In this document: in pieces, positions 56,301-64,000 of the stretch
Layout of the letters: each line of letters opens with the position of its first letter
Position numbering within the stretch: position 1 is the stretch's first letter
Assembly (NCBI GenBank): GCA_964016885.1
Contig: OZ024749.1
Coordinates: 20,584,001-20,648,000, forward strand
Source of the DNA: Eledone cirrhosa
Lineage: Eukaryota
Reading direction: 5' to 3'
Length of the DNA: 64,000 nt
The notes under the pieces: model-generated
Databases searched by the model: none
What the model was told of the DNA's origin: nothing
What the model saw: the letters and a program-made list of their open reading frames with translations, nothing else
Program-made: the position numbers and the translations under genes

Positions 56301-59300
56301 CCTACTTACAGCTAGGTGGACTGTGACTGTTGACATAGTACAGTGGACTATACCATACTGTGGTACCTACTTACAGCTAGGTGGACTATACCACACTGTG
56401 GTACCTACTTAGAGCTAGGTGGACTGTGACTGTTGACATAGTACAGTGGACTATACCATACTGTGGTGCCTACTTACAGCTAGGTGGACTGTGACTGTTG
56501 GCACAGTACAGTGGACTATACCATACTGTGTTACCTACTTACAGCTAGCTGGACTGAGCTGTTGACATAGTACAGTGGACTATACCATACTGTGGTACCT
56601 ACTTACAGCTAGGTGGACTGTGACTGTTGACAGTACAGTGGACTATACCAGACTGTGGTCCCTACTTACAGCTAGGTGGACTGAGCTGTTGACAGTACAG
56701 TGGACTATACCATACTGTGGTAGCTACTTACAGCTAGGTGGACTGAGCTGTTGACATAGTACAGTGGACTATACCAGACTGTGGTACCTACTTACAGCTA
56801 GGTGGACTGTGACTGTTGGCACGGTACAGTGGACTGTACCAGACTGTGGTACCTACTTACAGCTAGGTGGACTGAGCTGTTGACATAGTACAGTGGACTA
56901 TACCAGACTGTGGTCCCTACTTACAGCTAGGTGGACTGTGACTGTTGACAGTACAGTGGACTATACCATACTGTGTTACCTACTTACAGCTAGCTGGACT
57001 GTGACTGTTGACATAGTACAGTGGACTATACCAACTGTGGTACCTACTTACAGCTAGGTAGACTGAGCTGTTGACATAGTACAGTGGACTATACCATACT
57101 GTGGTACCTACTTACAGCTAGGTGGACTGTGACTGTTGACAGTACAGTTGACTATACCATACTGTGGTACCTACTTACAGCTAGGTGGACTGTGACTGTT
57201 GACATAGTACAGTGGACTATACCAACTGTGGTACCTACTTACAGCTAGCTGGACTGAGCTGTTGACATAGTACAGTGGACTATACAATACTGTGGTACCT
57301 ACTTAGAGCTAGCTGGACTGTGACTTTTGACAGCACAATGGACTATACCATACTCTGGTACCTACTTACAGCTAGGTGGACTGTGACTGTTGACATAGTA
57401 CAGTGGACTATACCAACTGTGGTACCTACTTACAGCTAGGTGGACTGAGCTGTTAACATAGTACAGTGGACTATACCATACTGTGGTACCTACTTACAGC
57501 TAGGTGGACTGTGACTGTTAACAGTACAGTGGACTATACCATACTGTGGTACCTACTTACAGCTAGGTGGACTGTGACTGTTGACATAGTACAGTGGACT
57601 ATACCATACTGTGGTACCTACTTACAGCTAGGTGGACTATACCACACTGTGGTACCTACTTAGAGCTAGGTGGACTGTGACTGTTGACATAGTACAGTGG
57701 ACTATACCATACTGTGGTGCCTACTTACAGCTAGGTGGACTGAGCTGTTGACATAGTACAGTGGACTATACCATACTGTGGTACCTACTTACAGCTAGGT
57801 GGACTGTGACTGTTGACAGTACAGTGGACTATACCAGACTCTGGTCCCTACTTACAGCTAGGTGGACTGAGCTGTTGACAGTACAGTGGACTATACCATA
57901 CTGTGGGAGCTACTTACAGCTAGGTGGACTGAGCTGTTGACATAGTACAGTGGACTATACCAGACTGTGGTACCTACTTACAGCTAGGTGGACTGTGACT
58001 GTTGGCACAGTACAGTGGACTGTACCAGACTGTGGTAACTACTTACAGCTAGGTGGACTGAGCTGTTGACATAGTACAGTGGACTATACCAGACTGTGGT
58101 CCCTACTTACAGCTAGGTGGACTGTGACAGTTGACAGTACAGTGGACTATACCATACTGTGGTACCTACTTACAGCTAGGTGGACTGTGACTGTTGACAG
58201 TACAGTGGACTATACCATACTCTGGTACCTACTTACAGCTTGGTGGACTATACCACACTGTGGTACCTACGTACAGCTAGGTGGACTGTGACGGTTGACA
58301 GTACAGTGGACTATACCATACTGTGGTACCTACTTACAGCTAAGTGGACTGTGACTGTTGGCACAGTACAGTGGACTATACCATACTGTGGTACCTACTT
58401 ACAGCTAGCTGGACTGTGACAGTTGACAGTACAGTGGACTATACCATACTGTGGTACCTACTTACAGCTAGGTGGACTGTGACTGTTGGCACAGTACAGT
58501 GGACTATACCATACTGTGGTACCTACTTACAGCTAGGTGAACTGTGACTGTTGGCACAGTACAGTGGACTATACCATACTGTGGTACCTATTTACAGCTA
58601 GGTGGACTGTGACTGTTGGCACAGTACAGTGGACTCTACCATACTGTGGTACCTACTTACAGCTAGGTGGACTGTGACTGTTGGCACAGTACAGTGGAAT
58701 ATATCATACAGTGGTACCTACTTACAGCTAGGTGGACTTTTACAGTTGACAGTACAGTGGACTATACCACACTGTGGTACCTACTTACAGCTAGGTGGAA
58801 TGCGACTGTTGGCACAGTACAGTGGACTATACCATACTTTGGTACCTACTTACAGCTAAGTGGACTGTGACTGTTGGCACAGTACAGTGGACTATACCAA
58901 ACTGTGGTACCTACTTACAGCTAGCTGGACTGTGACTGTTGACAGTACAGTGGACTATACCATACTGTGGTACCTACTTACAGCTAGGTGGACTGTGACT
59001 GTTGGCACAGTACAGTGGACTATACCATACTGTGGTACCTACTTACAGCTAGGTGAACTGTGACTGTTGGCACAGTACAGTGGACTATAGCATACTGTGG
59101 TACCTACTTACAGCTAGGTGGACTGTGACTGTTGGCACATTACAGTGGACTATACCATACTGTGGTATCTACTTACAGCTAGGTGGACTGTGACTGTTGG
59201 CACAGTACAGTGGAATATATCATACAGTGGTACCTACTTACAGCTAGGTGGACTGTGACTGTTGACAGTACAGTGGACTATACCATACTGTGGTACCTAC

Positions 59301-62300
59301 TTACAGCTAGGTGGACTGTGACTGTTGACATAGTACAGTGGACTATACCAACTGTGGTACCTACTTACAGCTAGCTGGACTGAGCTGTTGACATAGTACA
59401 GTGGACTATACCATACTGTGGTACCTACTTAGAGCTAGCTGGACTGTGACTTTTGACAGCACAATGGACTATACCATACTCTGGTACCTACTTACAGCTA
59501 GGTGGACTGTGACTGTTGACATAGTACAGTGGACTATACCAACTGTGGTACCTACTTACAGCTAGGTGGACTGAGCTGTTGACATAGTACAGTGGACTAT
59601 ACCATACTGTGGTACCTACTTACAGCTAGGTGGACTGTGACTGTTGACAGTACAGTGGACTATACCATACTGTGGTACCTACTTACAGCTAGGTGGACTG
59701 TGACTGTTGACATAGTACAGTGGACTATACCATACTGTGGTACATACGTACAGCTGGGGGGACTATACCACACTGTGGTACCTACTTAGAGCTAGGTGGA
59801 CTGTGACTGTTGACATAGTACAGTGGACTATACCATACTGTGGTGCCTACTTACAGCTAGGTGGACTGAGCTGTTGACATAGTACAGTGGACTATACCAT
59901 ACTGTGGTACCTACTTACAGCTAGGTGGACTGTGACTGTTGACAGTACAGTGGACTATACCAGACTGTGGTCCCTACTTACAGCTAGGTGGACTGTGACT
60001 GTTGACAGTACAGTGGACTATACCATACTGTGGTACCTACTTACAACTAGGTGGACTGTGACTGTTGACAGTACAGTGGAATATACCATACTCTGGTACC
60101 TACTTACAGCTTGGTGGACTATACCACACTGTGGTACCTACGTACAGCTAGGTGGACTGTGACGGTTGACAGTACAGTGGACTATACCATACTGTGGTAC
60201 CTACTTACAGCTAAGTGGACTGTGACTGTTGGCACATTACAGTGGACTATACCATACTGTGGTACCTACTTACAGCTAGCTGGACTGTGACAGTTGACAG
60301 TAAAAGTGGACTATACCATACTGTCGTACCTACTTACAGCTAGGTGGACTGTGACTGTTGGCACAGTACAGTGGACTATACCATACTGTGGTACCTACTT
60401 ACAGCTAGGTGAACTGTGACTGTTGGCACAGTACAGTGGACTATACTATACTGTGGTACCTACTTACAGCTAGGTGGACTGTGACTGTTGGCACAGTACA
60501 GTGGACTCTACCATACTGTGGTACCTACTTATAGCTAGGTGGACTGTGACTGTTGGCACAGTACAGTAGAATATATCATACAGTGGTACCTACTTACAGC
60601 TAGGTGGACTTTTACAGTTGACAGTACAGTGGACTATACCACACTGTGGTACCTACTTACAGCTAGGTGGAATGCGACTGTTGGCACAGTACAGTGGACT
60701 ATACCATACTTTGGTACCTACTTACAGCTAAGTGGACTGTGACTGTTGGCACAGTACAGTGGACTATACCAAACTGTGGTACCTACTTACAGCTAGCTGG
60801 ACTGTGACTGTTGACAGTACAGTGGACTATACCATACTGTGGTACCTACTTACAGCTAGGTAGACTGTGACTGTTGGCACAGTACAGTGGACTATACCAT
60901 ACTGTGGTACCTACTTACAGCTAGGTGAACTGTGACTGTTGGCACAGTACAGTGGACTATACCATACTGTGGTACCTACTTACAGCTAGGTGGACTGTGA
61001 CTGTTGGCACATTACAGTGGACTATACCATACTGTGGTACCTACTTACAGCTAGGTGGACTGTGACTGTTGGCACAGTACAGTGGAATATATCATACAGT
61101 GGTACCTACTTACAGCTAGGTGGACTGTGACTGTTGACACTACAGTGGACTATACCACACTGTGGTACCTACTTACAGCTAGGTGGACTGCGACTGTTGG
61201 CACAGTACAGTGGACTATACCATACTTTGGTACCTACTTACAGCTAGGTGGACTGCGACTGTTGGCACAGTACAGTGGACTATACCATACTGTGGTACCT
61301 ACTTCCAGCTAGGTGGACTGCGACTGTTGGCACAATACAGTGGACTATACCAGACTGTGGAACCTACTTACAGCTAGGTGGACTGTGACTGTTGACACCA
61401 TACAGTGGACTATACCATACTGTGGTACCTACTTACAGCTAGGTGGACTGTGACTGTTGACATAGTACAGTGGACTATACCATACTGTGGTACCTACTTA
61501 CAGCTAGGTGGACTATACCACACTGTGGTACCTACTTAGAGCTAGGTGGACTGTGACTGTTGACATAGTACAGTGGACTATACCATACTGTGGTGCCTAC
61601 TTACAGCTAGGTGGACTGTGACTGTTGGCACAGTACAGTGGACTATACCATACTGTGTTACCTACTTACAGCTAGCTGGACTGAGCTGTTGACATAGTAC
61701 AGTGGACTATACCATACTGTGGTACCTACTTACAGCTAGGTGGACAGTGACTGTTGACAGTACAGTGGACTATACCAGACTGTGGTCCCTACTTACAGCT
61801 AGGTGGACTGAGCTGTTGACAGTACAGTGGACTATACCATACTGTGGTAGCTACTTACAGCTAGGTGGACTGAGCTGTTGACATAGTACAGTGGACTATA
61901 CCAGACTGTGGTACCTACTTACAGCTAGGTGGACTGTGACTGTTGGCACAGTACAGTGGACTGTACCAGACTGTGGTACCTACTTACAGCTAGGTGGACT
62001 GAGCTGTTGACATAGTACAGTGGACTATACCAGACTGTGGTCCCTACTTACAGCTAGGTGGACTGTGACTGTTGACAGTACAGTGGACTATACCATACTG
62101 TGTTACCTACTTACAGCTAGCTGGACTGTGACTGTTGACATAGTACAGTGGACTATACCAACTGTGGTACCTACTTACAGCTAGGTAGACTGAGCTGTTG
62201 ACATAGTACAGTGGACTATACCATACTGTGGTACCTACTTACAGCTAGGTGGACTGTGACTGTTGACAGTACAGTGGACTATACCATACTGTGGTACCTA

Positions 62301-64000
62301 CTTACAGCTAGGTGGACTGTGACTTTTGACATAGTACAGTGGACTATACCAACTGTGGTACCTACTTACAGCTAGCTGGACTGAGCTGTTGACATAGTAC
62401 AGTGGACTATACCATACTGTGGTACCTACTTAGAGCTAGCTGGACTGTGACTTTTGACAGCACAATGGACTATACCATACTCTGGTACCTACTTACAGCT
62501 AGGTGGACTGTGACTGTTGACATAGTACAGTGGACTATACCAACTGTGGTACCTACTTACAGCTAGGTGGACTGAGCTGTTGACATAGTACAGTGGACTA
62601 TACCATACTGTGGTACCTACTTACAGCTAGGTGGACTGTGACTGTTGACAGTACAGTGGACTATACCATACTGTGGTACCTACTTACAGCTAGGTGGACT
62701 GTGACTGTTGACATAGTACAGTGGACTATACCATACTGTGGTACCTACTTACAGCTAGGTGGACTATACCACACTGTGGTACCTACTTAGAGCTAGGTGG
62801 ACTGTGACTGTTGACATAGTACAGTGGACTATACCATACTGTGGTGCCTACTTACAGCTAGGTGGACTGAGCTGTTGACATAGTACAGTGGACTATACCA
62901 TACTGTGGTACCTACTTACAGCTAGGTGGACTGTGACTGTTGACAGTACAGTGGACTATACCAGACTGTGGTCCCTACTTACAGCTAGGTGGACTGAGCT
63001 GTTGACAGTACAGTGGACTATACCATACTGTGGTAGCTACTTACAACTAGGTGGACTGAGCTGTTGACATAGTACAGTGGACTATACCAGACTCTGGTAC
63101 CTACTTACAGCTAGGTGGACTATACCACACTGTGGTACCTACTTAGAGCTAGGTGGACTGTGACTGTTGACATAGTACAGTGGACTATACCAGACTGTGG
63201 TCCCTACTTACAGCTAGGTGGTCTGTGACTGTTGACAGTACAGCGGACTATACCATACTGTGGTACCTACTTACAGCTAGGTGGACTGTGACTGTTGACA
63301 GTACAGTGGACTATACCATACTCTGGTACCTACTTACAGCTTGGTGGACTATACCACACTGTGGTACCTACGTACAGCTAGGTGGACTGTGACGGTTGAC
63401 AGTACAGTGGACTATACCATACTGTGGTACCTACTTACAGCTAAGTGGACTGTGACTGTTGGCACAGTACAGTGGACTATACCATACTGTGGTACCTACT
63501 TACAGCTAGCTGGACTGTGACAGTTGACAGTACAGTGGACTATACCATACTGTGGTACCTACTTACAGCTAGGTGGACTGTGACTGTTGGCACAGTACAG
63601 TGGACTATACCATACTGTGGTACCTACTTACAGCTAGGTGAACTGTGACTGTTGGCACAGTACAGTGGACTATACCATACTTTGGTACCTACTTACAGCT
63701 AAGTGGACTGTGACTGTTGGCACAGTACAGTGGACTATACCAAACTGTGGTACCTACTTACAGCTAGCTGGACTGTGACAGTTGACAGTACAGTGGACTA
63801 TACCATACTGTGGTACCTACTTACAGCTAGGTGGACTGTGACTGTTGGCACAGTACAGTGGACTATACCATACTGTGGTACCTACTTACAGCTAGGTGAA
63901 CTGTGACTGTTGGCACAGTACAGTGGACTATACCATACTGTGGTACCTACTTACAGCTAGGTGGACTGTGACTGTTGGCACAGTACAGTGGACTCTACCA
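53379..64000. repeat. Copy 2 of the 11,764-bp tandem duplication (truncated by the window end; two extra monomers near 63.74-63.87 kb)
   Basis: Collinear with 41615-51978 up to about 63742. The offset then becomes 11,892 (GACTCTACCA at 52099 vs 63991). Confidence 0.92.

Larger units (their letters stand above)
1..64000. repeat. Tandem satellite/minisatellite array, monomer ~63-65 bp, about 1,000 head-to-tail copies, running off both window ends
   Basis: The unit GTGGACTATACCATACTGTGGTACCTACTTACAGCTAGGTGGACTGTGACTGTTGACAGTACA recurs continuously with substitutions and 1-2 bp indels. No unique sequence or inversion was seen. The consensus is 29/63 GC and carries KpnI (GGTACC), AluI (AGCT), HincII (GTTGAC) and two RsaI (GTAC) sites. 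Confidence 0.99.
24500..64000. repeat. Right subfamily domain of the array
   Basis: Diagnostic variants seen only here: ATCATACAGTGG (first near 24593), CTTCCAGCT, GACACCATACAG, GGACTTTTACAGTTG, GGAATGCGAC, CTACGTACAG, GTGACGGTTG, GGACTGTACC, GACAGCACAATGG. The boundary is approximate. Confidence 0.85.

Noticed and set aside
259-63906. Over a hundred short + strand ORFs (VDYTILWYLLTARWTVTVDST repeats, DCDCWH motifs) suggesting a repeat protein or peptide family
   Set aside because: One frame of the 63-bp monomer happens to lack stops, but the abundant 65-, 64-, 62- and 38-bp variants shift frame every few units. The longest ORF is 102 aa, starts are mostly the repeat's GTG, and indels show no preference for multiples of 3. 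All three minus-strand frames of the consensus contain TAG.
1-64000. CRISPR-like layout: conserved 38-bp partly palindromic unit alternating with a 24-27-bp more variable unit
   Set aside because: The would-be spacers are all near-identical homologs of one B sequence, not unique acquisitions. There is no leader and no cas gene in the window.

Overview
The whole 64-kb window is one uninterrupted head-to-tail satellite/minisatellite array of roughly 1,000 monomers, all in the same orientation. I found no gene, RNA gene, transposon or unique sequence. The consensus 63-bp monomer (example 21-83) is a 38-bp A unit (GTGGACTATACCATACTGTGGTACCTACTTACAGCTAG) plus a 25-bp B unit (GTGGACTGTGACTGTTGACAGTACA). 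Common length variants are 65 bp (B with TGACATAG or TGGCACAG), 64/62 bp (GAGCTG or CCAACT deletions) and 38 bp (B missing). All ORFs in the track are translations of the repeat. The real structure is higher order. Two subfamily domains meet at about 24.0-24.6 kb, and both appear to derive from a shared ~4-kb ordered cycle of variant monomers. There are nested duplications at offsets of about 1.3, 4.08, 6.0, 7.0 and 9.7 kb, plus an apparently very recent 11,764-bp-offset tandem duplication at 41.6-64 kb. The monomer is three adjacent inverted repeats and its consensus has no CpG. The array looks like eukaryotic heterochromatic or centromere-type satellite DNA, but I cannot assign an organism, family name or function from the sequence. 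All comparisons were made by eye and from ORF-track offsets, not by computed alignment.
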